From contig RDEW01000011.1 in assembly GCA_011109175.1 (NCBI GenBank), positions 180,193 to 244,192 on the forward strand: a DNA stretch of 64,000 nt, given 5' to 3'. Under the pieces are notes generated by a model, which was not told the DNA's origin, did not search any database, and saw only the letters and a program-made list of their open reading frames with translations. The stretch comes from Dicyema japonicum. Its lineage: Eukaryota; Animalia; Dicyemida. The position numbers were made by a program, and so were the translations under genes. Numbering within the stretch: the stretch's first letter is position 1; the number at the start of each line of letters is the position of its first letter. Positions 25,381 through 35,793 of this stretch are shown here, one piece after another.

Positions 25381-26002
25381 ATAGTTTTGATTTGTTCGTG
25401 ACATTCCTGCGTTAATTAGACCTGTTAACTTAACCAATCCAAAAGAAGACGATAATGATAAAGGTCCTTGCACATTCTTCGGTATTTTCTTTCCTTTTTT
25501 ATTAAATTTCCCACAGACACTACGTTTTACAGAGCATCGTACACCCAAATTAGAGCTGATACATAATCACCCTCTCAGAGTCTTAGTGTGGAACATGTGT
25601 TGTTCTGGTTATGTGTCTGATGAATCGACAGTGAGACATCATCTTCAGAGTATCCCTTCATATCAAAAACGTTTGCATCAAACATTGCATTTAATCACCG
25701 ACAGATTAAAAGGGAATACGTGGTCATCAGGTAATCTCGAAGTCCTTAAGTAGTCTTCTCATTTATTCTCGATGTTCGTCCAGAGAACCGACACACTTTC
25801 TATAAACTTTTTTGGAATATCGGAGATGTCAAAAAGGCTCGCGTTTTCCTCACAAGTTCCACGAAAGGAGTTGGCATTAGCGACAAAGAGGAGAACCTTT
25901 GTAGGGACTGGGAGACTGTTGATTAATCTTCTTCAAGTTCGTAGCGGACAGGTTTGTCCCTCATGAACCACATATTGTTGGTTGTATGTATTGCGTATAG
26001 AG

Positions 26003-26230
26003 CAGGGGTGTCAAACATGCGGCCCTCAGTGTACCTTAAATTAAAATAATTCCAAAGACCAAGGGTAACCAAACTAATTCAGGGGTGTCAAACATGCGGC
26101 CCTTAGCGTACCTTAAATTAAAATAATTCCAAAGACCAAGGGTAACCAAACTAATCAGGGGTGTCAAACATGCGGCCCTCAGCGTACCTTAAATTAAAAT
26201 AATTCCAAAGACCAAGGGTAACAAACTAAC
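26003..26230 (+). repeat. 3 tandem copies of a 76-77 bp unit (hAT left end + retroelement tail)
   Basis: Units start at 26003, 26080 and 26156 and are nearly identical. Confidence 0.95.
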
Positions 26231-26430
26231 TAGCTCCTTGATCCTGACTCGTTCCAGCGTTCCAGAACTTGTCTCAAGGTACAACATTGTCTTCGAGGGA
26301 GAATAGCTGGATCTTCTTGATGCCGGCCAGACATTGGGCGTCTCCTCAGTAAGGTGGATCCATTGACGCCATTGGAAGGAAAATAATTATGACCAACTAG
26401 CCACATAGCACCACATGGCGCCACGCGGCC
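26189..26430 (-). mobile_element. short retroelement family A copy nested in the hAT
   Basis: Reverse complement matches 1418-1541 and 19864-20101. Confidence 0.8.
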
Positions 26431-26485
26431 AAAACCTTGACAAGCATAAGTGCGGCCAGATTAATGGCTATTAATTTAATTTATT

Positions 26486-26640
26486 AACCCCGGATACACA
26501 GAGAAAGAAGTTAAAGTAAACAACTAATTAAGTGTATCCAGTTTCCACTTCTACGAAAACAGAGTCCATCTGAATCAACATAAAGGGTAAAAGACGTCCA
26601 TACTTGCCGTTGTGGAAACCCCTCCAGTGGAGTGGGGGAG
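26486..26640 (-). mobile_element. 5'-truncated LINE 3' end nested in the hAT
   Basis: Same tail and body as 12222-12400 (CCCCGGATACAC...AACTAATTAAGTG...CAGTGGAGTGGGGGAG). Confidence 0.8.
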
Positions 26641-26677
26641 TATAGCTCAAGGGTAGAGCGTTTGACTGCAGATCGAA
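26636..26677 (+). pseudogene. tRNA-Cys(GCA) 5' fragment (acceptor 5' strand, D arm, anticodon arm; no T arm)
   Basis: GGGAGTA-TA-GCTC-AAGGGTA-GAGC-G-TTTGA-CTGCAGA-TCGAA. The D and anticodon stems pair, the anticodon is GCA, and the sequence resembles eukaryotic tRNA-Cys 5' halves. Confidence 0.8.
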
Positions 26678-27489
26678 TGACTATAAAACACAAAAAATCA
26701 TTTTGTTATTTTTTAAATTTAATTAAAATTTTTTAATAGTTTTTGTAAATCGTGTTTGTCAATGTCACGTGCTTGTTCTGGAACTAAGAAACGGTGTTTG
26801 AACGATGAACGTAGATTGATTCAAGATAAATGGGAACTTGTCTATTTTTGCAAAAGACTTGATGGAAAAATACATTTATTTATATGTAACCAGTTTATCA
26901 CTATACAGAAAGAATACAACCTTAAAAGGCATACCAATTTACTCATCGATCATACAATAATTTCAAAAGTATTAAGTTGCTTATTAACCAAGATGGTTCA
27001 ATGCGTGTTTCAAAGCTAAATGAATTGCAAAAGATCTGACTGTGTTACAGACTCATTTCGTAAGAAAAATCATAATCAAAGTAATGCATAGTTACTGCAA
27101 ACTAGGAAATCAGCAGAATACTTGCAATGGATGGAAAATCATATCGCGATGGTGACTTCATCAAGCAACATTATGTAAAAACAGCAAAAATTATTTATAG
27201 ATATTTCATTAACCAAAAATACTGTTGCCGAACACATTAATGAAATGTCTTTGAATTTGAAAAACTAATTAAAGTCTGAAATGTTAAAATTTGACTATTT
27301 TTCAACAGCGATCGATGAAACAGGCGAGCTTTTTTTATTAATGAAATTATCAAAACTGCTTAAAGAGCAATCTTCCTTGATTTTTTATAAATGCGGCCTT
27401 GAAGCGCCCTTGAAGCGAAATGAGTTTGACACCCCTGGTATAGAGTGAGCTTAACGTTGAGTAGAAACAGATTTTGTAGTATCCAAGAA

Positions 27490-27760
27490 GTTTAGTTTTC
27501 GAAGGGAAGAGAATATGAAGTTGCCATCATGTCTCCTGAATGTCATGAGGGGGTCTTACGTGATACCCAATACCTTGATAGAGTTTGTAGAGTGGATTAG
27601 AACTCCATTGAGGGTTAAAGAGGTTCAAAGTTTGTTATCCTTCTATTTGAAGTAAAAATTCATAGTACATGAATTTTCAGGGATTGTGTATAATAGGTTC
27701 TTTATAAGCCAACTGCTCAGGTTGTCCAGTAAATCATATAAGCGGGTAACCGCAGTGTGA
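27490..27760 (-). mobile_element. LINE RT C-terminal fragment
   Basis: LTLNGVLIHSTNSIKVLGIT, homologous to about 7105-7200. Confidence 0.6.
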
Positions 27761-27949
27761 ACACTGCTCTATCGAATGGCGTTTCGTGACATTGATTGAC
27801 ACACGATTGGTTGCTCGTAGTGCATGGTTGCTAAAATAAGATAAAAGTAATTTTTATAAAGTTTATTCATTTAAATGCCTACTTTATAGATGCTATTTTT
27901 ATTTTGAACGTGTTGTTACAACGTGTTGTTCTGGTGTTTATACATTCTC

Positions 27950-30380
27950 TGAAACTTATTCCAATATAAGAGCTGTTGTTGGGGAAAGACCTAGCAACCT
28001 ACCCTGTATTTAAATGCCAAGAAAATCTTATGAGCAAACTCTCCTACGATCTAATTGGATGCAACGTTACTGCAAAACATCAAATATCGAGTCTTCGTCA
28101 TACAGAATCTCACTTTTCGCAACATGGAACGTAAAAGGCAAGAGACGGAGTGGCCTTCATTGCTTCAAAGAAAATTGCACCTGCTATTGAAAGTCATAGA
28201 ATATTTAATGATCGGATAATGCTAATCCACGTCCGTGGACGACCATTGAATATTGCGGTCATGCAAGTGTATGCCCCAACATCTATTGCCAAGGATGACG
28301 AAATTGACCAATTTTATTATGAATTTCAAGAGGCACTAAAACTAATACCCAAAAAGGACATAACCTACATAATGGGGGATTTCAATTCAAAAGTTGGGTG
28401 TATGCCACATACGGATATTGTGGGAAGTTTTGGTTTGGGGAAAAGAAATGATGCTGGGGATCGACTGGTCCAATTCTGTCAGGAAAATGGATTTCAGATA
28501 ACTAACACATGGTTCAAACAGCACAAACGACGATTATACACTTGGACGTCGCCTAATGGAATGTCTAGGAACCAAATTGATTATATTTTGTGCGCCAAAC
28601 GTTGGAAAAGCTCTATAACAGCCGTCAAAACATATCCAGGGGCAGACTGTGGAACAGACCATCAGCTACTTGTTGCAAAAATTAGGACGAAATTCAGTAA
28701 CACTTGGAATACCCCCGAGTAAAAAAATTCGATGTCTCAAACATACCACCAGAATACGCAATGGAAGTTAAGCACAATATTGGATTACTGGATTTGAACG
28801 GAAGGATGCCTGATGAATTATGGAATGATATGCAGTTGGTTATCAGGAACGCTGCAATAAAACATGTCAAATACAAAACGCCGGCCAAGTGCACTGAGTG
28901 GCTCTCTGCCAACACCCTAAACATTGCTGAGGCTCGTAAAGCTGCTAAAGTCTCTGGGAATATAGACGAAACAAGAAAACTTAACTCTGGATTCAAAAAG
29001 GCAACCAGGAAGAATAAAGAAGACTACTGGAAGTTACGCTGCAAAAAATGGAAGATGACTATAAGAGAGGTCACACTAGGATTGCGTATTTACAACTAAA
29101 AAGATTACGAACCCCCTTTACAAAAATGATCGGCAAAATCAAGGACAAGAATGGTGTAGAATTGCTAAGCCAACAGAACATCCGAAATCTTTGGAGAGAA
29201 TATACGGAACGACTATATTCAGAAACTGTGTGCCCACCCATATATGTTGATGAAGCAAAGTTGGGTGAGGGGCATAAAATCTTTGAGGAGGAATGCGTGT
29301 GGGCTACACGGCAATTAACGGGGAACAAGGCACCAGAGATTGACAATATCTCAAGCGAATTGTTGAAGGCTATACCGGTGACAGCTATCACCAGTCTAGT
29401 CAAAAAATTTGGGAAACTGGTATTTGGCCACGCGAGTGGAAAAGATCTATATTTATACTAATACCGAAAAAAAAGGATAGCAAGGACTGTTCAAACTATC
29501 GTACAATAGCCTTAATTCCCCACGTGAGCAAAATACTTATAAAGATAATACAACATCGTCTAATAACGGGATTAAAATTGGAGGCAGGAACATCAATAAT
29601 TTGCGCTATGCTGACGATACAACCTTACTGGCTGAAACAGAGGATGGCATCAGGGAGTTGATTCTAAGATTCAGAGAAGAGAGCGCGTCTTTGGTTTATT
29701 GCTAAATATCAAGAAGACCAAAATTATGACTACTGCTAATAATGGAACTAAAAATTGGGAATGAGAAAATAGAGAGTTGCGATAATGTTGTCTTTCTGGG
29801 ATGTCTAATTAATCTGAATGGTGACGGAGGCTTGGAAATCAAGAGGCGAATTGCCATGGGACGAGACACCTTCCAGAGAATGAATAGAATTTGGAAAAAC
29901 AAAGATATTTTATTAAGACCAAATGCAGATTAGTTAATGCAATCGTATTCCCGGTTTTTTTATACGGCGCAGAATCATGGACATTGAAAAAGGCGGATAG
30001 GCGAAGAATTAATGCTTTTGAGCTGTGGTGCTGGAGGAGGTTACTAAGAATCCCTTGGACCTCCAAAGTAACAACCATCAATGTACTCAAACGGGTAGAG
30101 ACTGACATTTCACTAGAGGGAAGAATCGTAAAACACAGATTGGCGTTCTTTGGGAATGTTGTCCGCTCTGATTCACTGGAAAGAACCATTATGCTGAGCA
30201 ATATTACTGGGAAGAGAAGACCTGGCCGACCAAGGACTCGGTGGCTATCCACGGTGGAAGACGTCACGGGAATGCCTATATCAAAGCTACTCCAAATTGC
30301 AACGGATCGGGGAGAGTGGAGGAAACTTGTTCATGAGATCTCCAAGGGTCAGACACGACTATATTGGACAACAAAATAAT
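27950..30380 (+). mobile_element. RTE-clade (BovB-like) LINE, near full length with frameshifts
   Basis: APE (ATWNV, QVYAPT, MGDFNSKVG, NQIDYIL, TDHQLL), RT (GNKAPEID, YRTIAL, NNLRYADD) and C-terminus (VFLYGAESWT, AFELWCWRRLLRIPW, RPGRPRTRW). The 5' GCAACCTACCCTGTATT and 3' GTCAGACACGACT motifs resemble BovB ends. Confidence 0.93.
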
Positions 30381-30802
30381 TTTATGAAAACATGTACAAG
30401 TTAAGCGACTATAGACTGCGCAATTACTTGGCTAGGTGACCGCCCGAAAATTAATTGTTTACAATTTTTATTTTATTTAGATCAAACACCATATCATCAT
30501 TAAACTGAATCACCAGTTTCTTGTTTACTATCTTTAATTTCCCATAGAAGACTCTTCAGCAAGAACATCATATTTATTTTTTTATTTTTATTACCTGATG
30601 TAATTTAATCATCATCGCTGTGTCATTAATATTTCGTCTCTCAGAGTTGTAACATCGACTAAACGGTGGGTGATAATTTTTATGGAGCCGTACATTCTAC
30701 GCAAATGCGAACAACTGGATTCTATCTGTATTTTACTCACTAAATTCTACTCCAACACGTAACCATTTTGTCGAATAACTTAATTTGACTTAACAAATTT
30801 CC

Positions 30803-30930
30803 GTGGAAGACGTCACGGGAATGCCTATATCAAAGCTACTCCAAATTGCAACGGATCGGGGAGAGTGGAGGAAACTTGTTCATGAGATCTCCAAGGGTCA
30901 GACACGACTAAATTGGATAACATAACATAA
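30803..30930 (+). mobile_element. 5'-truncated copy of the RTE 3' end
   Basis: 30803-30910 is identical by eye to 30254-30361 (108 bp), followed by a (CATAA)n-like tail. Confidence 0.9.
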
Positions 30931-31082
30931 TTTTATTTTTAAATGCTATAAAAAATAAATGCTATTTTAAGTGCTAAAACTAATTTATATTTTTAATTTT
31001 TATTTTTGAGTGTAACCATAAATAATAATAGAATTAATTCCTGAATTTTTTAGTATTTAGTTGTAATAAAATTTCAGCCTTA

Positions 31083-31450
31083 ATGACCGCATCAAACAAC
31101 CAGGAAAATGAAAGAAACAATCGCCAGGAAAGGCGTAAAATCTCAGATGAAGTCAGAGAGCTCGTTATTAACCACGCTAAGAATAATCTTGGCAATACTG
31201 AGATCTCCCGGGTTATGGGTCTTCCTCGTACAACTGTATGTACAATTGTTTCTTCATATCTGAAGGATGGAAAGACCAAATGTGGCAAGCGTGGCGGGGA
31301 TCATAGAACAATCTTGACTGCTGACCAGAAAAATTTAGTACGGCAGTGGGTTGATGAAGATGCAACAATGACCTTGGGGGCGTGAAAATAAAATTGTGCG
31401 AGAGACGAAATATCCGTAAGTTACAAGCACCATCAGGCGCTGCTTAGATG
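31083..31450 (+). mobile_element. Tc1/IS630-like transposase N-terminal HTH fragment
   Basis: RRKISDEVRELVI...TEISRVMGLPRTTVCTIVSSY...KRGG...LTADQKNLVRQWVDEDATMTL. No catalytic domain or TIRs were found. Confidence 0.7.
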
Positions 31451-31619
31451 GAGAAGGATTAAAGGATACGTTGTGAGAGCAGTTAATAGTGAGATTAATG
31501 AATAAATGAATGTAAATAAATTTTGTGTTTAAAATTTTATGCTGTTCCACCATAGGTGTTGAACTAGTATATTAATAATTGTGTATTCAAAAGGTTTAGA
31601 TATATAAAAATTAATTTTC

Positions 31620-31730
31620 TGTCATTATTGATTGACTGTTGTCGTTATTGATTGACCACATGTCATTATTGATTGCCCAAGTATCCCTGTTGATTGGTTA
31701 TTGTCGTTATTGATTGATTTAAGCAAAGTG
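31620..31730 (+). repeat. imperfect ~20-bp tandem repeat TGTC(A/G)TTATTGATTG..., resuming at 33638-33690
   Basis: About five units before the LINE at 31738-33630 and two after it. Confidence 0.8.
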
Positions 31731-31737
31731 GTTTCGA

Positions 31738-33630
31738 AATGTCATGTGGCTCACCGACGACGTGGTGGCATTTAGAAGACCCACACTTTCTCACCAGTTG
31801 ACCAATAAGAAAGGCCTGCTCCGTCTCGGAGACGTTGAGGCCACTCCTGGACCAGCCAGAATAGTACAACTCAAATAAATGTAATCAAGAACAAGGTACT
31901 CGAACTTCGGACGTTTTTGAAAGAACATCACATCAACTTGTTGTTAATTTAAGAACCTTGTTAATTCAAAGTCCGATTTCCAAGATTTTCAATAATATTA
32001 ATCAACGCAAATCTCCCATCTTTGAGCTTTTCCTGTGCTCCAGATGACTTGAGCTCCCAGATTGACTCCTCTCACGTTACTGAAGGATGTGATTATCTGT
32101 GGTGACTTCAATTCGAAGCACCCATTGTGGTTAACAGGACACCCCATGAGAAAAAGGGGAAGATGCTAATGGAGGACCTTCACAGTCTCTGCATACTCAA
32201 CGATCCGGCTTTCCATACAAGAACGCCTACTCGACGTAACAATAAACTATCATCCATTGACATCTCATAGTCATCTCCGTCCTTGGCTCCTTTTATCGAC
32301 TGGTCAGTGAAATATGACACTAGGAGTGATCACAATCCAATATTTTTGGAGGTCAAAACGAAGTCTACAAACCAGACACTCTGATAAAATATTATACGTC
32401 TATCTCCTAAGGAGTTTTTAAAAGAACACCCCCTGAAAAAGATTGAACATAAACGCTCCGATGACTGGATCCTCTTTACTAGCCAGGATAACCGCAGAGC
32501 CATATCCAAAGCCAACAACTCAGAGGCCATAAGACCAGACAATATAACCACATGTGAACTGAAGCACCTAGCCCATCGAGCCCTGGAACTATTAACTCCC
32601 CAAAAGTTAACTCCCCCAAACCCCATCAGAGGACATTACTTATATCCGTGGACATCACAAATGCGTTCGACTCAGTCCCCAGGAAACTCCTTACAAAGAA
32701 GATATTTGAAACCAACATCCACCCGAACTTGAAACTTTGGCTTGAAACTTCTTGGAAGACAAGTACAAGTACTCTGCAACATCATCAAATCAAGATCTCT
32801 CTACTTTCCAAATGGAGTTCCTCAAGGCTCAATCTCTATATAAACGACATACCACAAACCTGTAATGAAAACTGCATAATCCTCTCATATACCGACGATA
32901 TCATTCTTGCTTCCAAGAACTGAAGCATTCTCAGTCCGCTCAACAAATGCTTGACAAGCTGGAACTATGGCTCTCGACGCAGAGGTTCGACACATCAGCA
33001 ACTAAGCCCTCTGTCACGTTGTTTACCACTTACAAAAGACAGCTTTGTAGATCCAAAAATCCTTATGAAGAACGAGGCTATTCCTATTAACAAAACACCG
33101 AAGATTCTGAAGTTACCTTTGATCAGGGACTCTTCTTTATCCGACATGTTGAGAATAAAGTAACTTCTGCTCTGAAGAAAATGAGAATTTTAAAAGTGCT
33201 CTCAAAAACACTTAGAGGACAAACTGGGAGCCTTGCCACGATTTATGACAAATTTATCTGACCCACGATGTTGTATACAAGTCCTTCGTGGCCAATGCAG
33301 ATTTCACGATCCACGTCATTAAAACTGTCCGAAATCGAGGAAACTGCAGTAAAGTTGATTGGACCAGAAAATAAGATACAACCAATAATTGACTTACAAC
33401 AAAAATTCTTAAAGGCGGCCACTCTACCGAGCTGCCCCCTGTTTCATATATTATCAAAATATCTACAAACATTTAAAAGTTTGAGCCGATGTCATGTCTA
33501 ATGAAAAGAGCTGTACAGGATTCTTGACCCGTTGGACTCGTCCTCTTCCTTGTCGGTCTGGGATCACTTAGTTAGTTGAGAACTTTTACTTCTTTCTCGT
33601 GACTCAGTGATCCTGGAGGCAATAATAATA
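31738..33630 (+). mobile_element. Ingi/Vingi-like LINE with 2A-like leader, APE and RT (degenerate, deleted)
   Basis: ATG 31745 starts MWLTDD...LLRLGDVEATPGP-ARIVQL. Then APE (KNKVLELRTFL, ICGDFNSKHPLW, SDHNPIF), RT (VDITNAFDSV, YTDDI), the post-RT region and the hairpin tail at 33557-33630. Confidence 0.85.
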
Positions 33631-33949
33631 GACTGACCATGTGTCGTTATTGATTGTGCAAGTGTCGTTGTTGATTGAATAACCATATATTTATCGCATT
33701 AGTTTAAATTCTTTTTTTAAACCAAAGAGTTCAATGTTAAGAAAAGCTAGAAGAATAGTCTATTGATTCTCACCGTTCAACCCCAAAACATCAAACGAAT
33801 TTAAGTATAATAATGTCGATATAAATTTTTTGAAAGACGTTGTCGATGAAGACAGTCTGCGCATGATACATATGCTATTATCTGAAACTGAACTACTCGT
33901 CATAGTTGGCTTCTAAGGAGTCTAGACCTTTTTCTACCAATGTCTGAAC

Positions 33950-35170
33950 CTCACAGGGAGACACTCTGCATTATTTATCATCTACCTGGAGGCAGCTTTA
34001 AGAGATCTAAGAGAACAAATTGGATGTCCGGATAACCACTTTATTAAACTCATTTACGCGGATGACGTCGATTTCGTTGCAGAAGATCGGGAATTTATAG
34101 ACGTTATTATGGAGAAAGCGAAAACAATTTTGAGTAAATGGTCCCTCAAAGTCAATGAAGACAAAACTGAAATAACCACCATTGAAAGAACGCCAACCCG
34201 CGTTGAGGAGAAGTGGAGGAACAGCCGAAAACTAGGATCGTTACTTGGCGATTCAGAAGATATCACACGACGAAAAATATCGGCCACAGTAGCACTTAAA
34301 AATTATAATCCATTCTGATGAAAAAAAATCAAATTCCTACTAAGATCGATTACTTGCTTATACAATGGATTTGTCCGACTATTCCTCATGTATAACGCAG
34401 GTACTTGGAAAACATCAAAGAAAGATATGGAACAACTCGACTCGTTTCACAGAGGTCAACTAAGAAAACTCCTTGAATACTCTTGGCCAAAGAAAATCTT
34501 AAACAATAAATTATACTGACTGATTGTGGGCCAATAAGTCTTAACGTACTTGAAGCCCGCTGGCGCCTTTTTGGACATATTCTACGGATGGGTGAACAGA
34601 CACCATGCAATGTTGCCATGGAATAAATTTTCGGCCACACTGTATCTCCTGCATTCAGAAAACGTCCAAGAAGTTGTCTTCCAAGGACACTTGTGAGGGA
34701 TTACGCAGTGATCGGGGCTGAATGATGGATGCAGATGATCAGGACGAAATCAGGAAAAGAACACGAAAGTGAAAAGGATGGAAAAGACTAACGGAAAGGA
34801 TAATCGAAAAACATGGCACAAGCGAAACCATAAACAGTGTTTACTGGTAACGCGGATTTGCTTTAACTAACTAACAATTTAGATAACCAAGGTAAATTAG
34901 AAAAAAACCATATTACTGAAACAACTGAACTACTTCGGTTAAAACCAGAACCTATAAACTATCTGTAAATCTGAAAGCTTCGGGACCACTATAAGGCACA
35001 CTTGATGGGGACTATTTGGACATATCTTAAAAATGGATCCTGCTGCTCCGGCAAATGACATCATCGAATCGTATTTCCTAAGTACCGGCCCATTTCGTGT
35101 CAGACCACGGACAACCCTTCTACTGACAAAAACATTGACCTAAAAAATGTCAAAATACGACTGGAAAATG
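33950..35170 (+). mobile_element. RTE-clade LINE fragments (two adjacent)
   Basis: YADDVDF, KWSLKVNEDKTE, KLGSLLG, RWRLFGHILRM; a second FGHILKMDP fragment lies at about 35010-35170. Confidence 0.85.
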
Positions 35171-35499
35171 CTGATGACTTGTTTAAAAAATTCAATGTCA
35201 ACATTCCTTCTTTAATCGCTTGAAGAAGTCGAATCATCTTATTTTGTAATGAATCTCTTTTTTAACTCTTTTTAGAATTGTTAATTTTCTAAGGGATCGA
35301 TCTCTTGAAGAGGTTGAATCATCTTATTTTGCAATTATCTTAGGCATATTTTAGCTATATAAGTGCGTACGGACAGACAACTTATTCTTTTATTATACAA
35401 TAAATAATATCCTTTAATTTTATATTTTGTAGTGCTAGTTTTATCGTTTTAAATGTTTTTTTCTTAAAATGCTTGATTTAGTGCTAATGGAACAAAAAT

Positions 35500-35793
35500 A
35501 CCTCCCCTGCTGACGGAATCTACAACTCGTAGATGTGGTTCCGGATTTCTCCGCATTTGCGAGGAAGATGGACACCCACTAAGCCTCTAACTGTTCCACG
35601 CAAAAGAAAATCGGTTGGCTAAGAAATTTCCTTCACCAATCGGCTTCTTCTGCAAGAATTAAAGAAAGCATTTCCGTTCGACAGTGGGAACAATGGAGTC
35701 ACACAGATGGCACGTTTGGTTGCGGGAACTGGGATCACCTAACTAGTTGACTTTACTTTGTCTTTCTTTCTCGGTGATCCCGGGGTTAATAAA
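35500..35793 (+). mobile_element. LINE 3' end with perfect GGGATCACC/GGTGATCCC hairpin
   Basis: 9-bp stem at about 35731-35781; homologous to 25060-25195 and 58335-58400. Confidence 0.7.

Larger units (their letters stand above)
26003..27437 (+). mobile_element. hAT (Charlie/SPIN-like) DNA transposon, internally deleted
   Basis: 14-bp perfect TIRs CAGGGGTGTCAAAC and an 8-bp TSD GTATAGAG (25995-26002 and 27438-27445). ORF 26756..27019 resembles the Charlie/GTF2IRD2-type N-terminus (QDKWELVYF...ICNQ...KEYNLKRH). Confidence 0.93.

Noticed and set aside
25610-25650. Hammerhead ribozyme at CTGATGA
   Set aside because: No stem II plus GAAA core. The same applies to CTGATGA at about 21199 and 63624; the latter is the SINE-B antisense strand.
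26003-26230. CRISPR-like array
   Set aside because: The units are whole tandem duplicates with no unique spacers, the context is eukaryotic, and the unit is explained as hAT TIR plus retroelement tail.
31620-31730. CRISPR-like short repeats
   Set aside because: Degenerate head-to-tail minisatellite without spacers or cas genes.
35731-35790. HDV-like ribozyme in the GGGATCAC hairpin
   Set aside because: No P2, P3 or L3 elements; its position at LINE 3' ends fits a terminal stem-loop.
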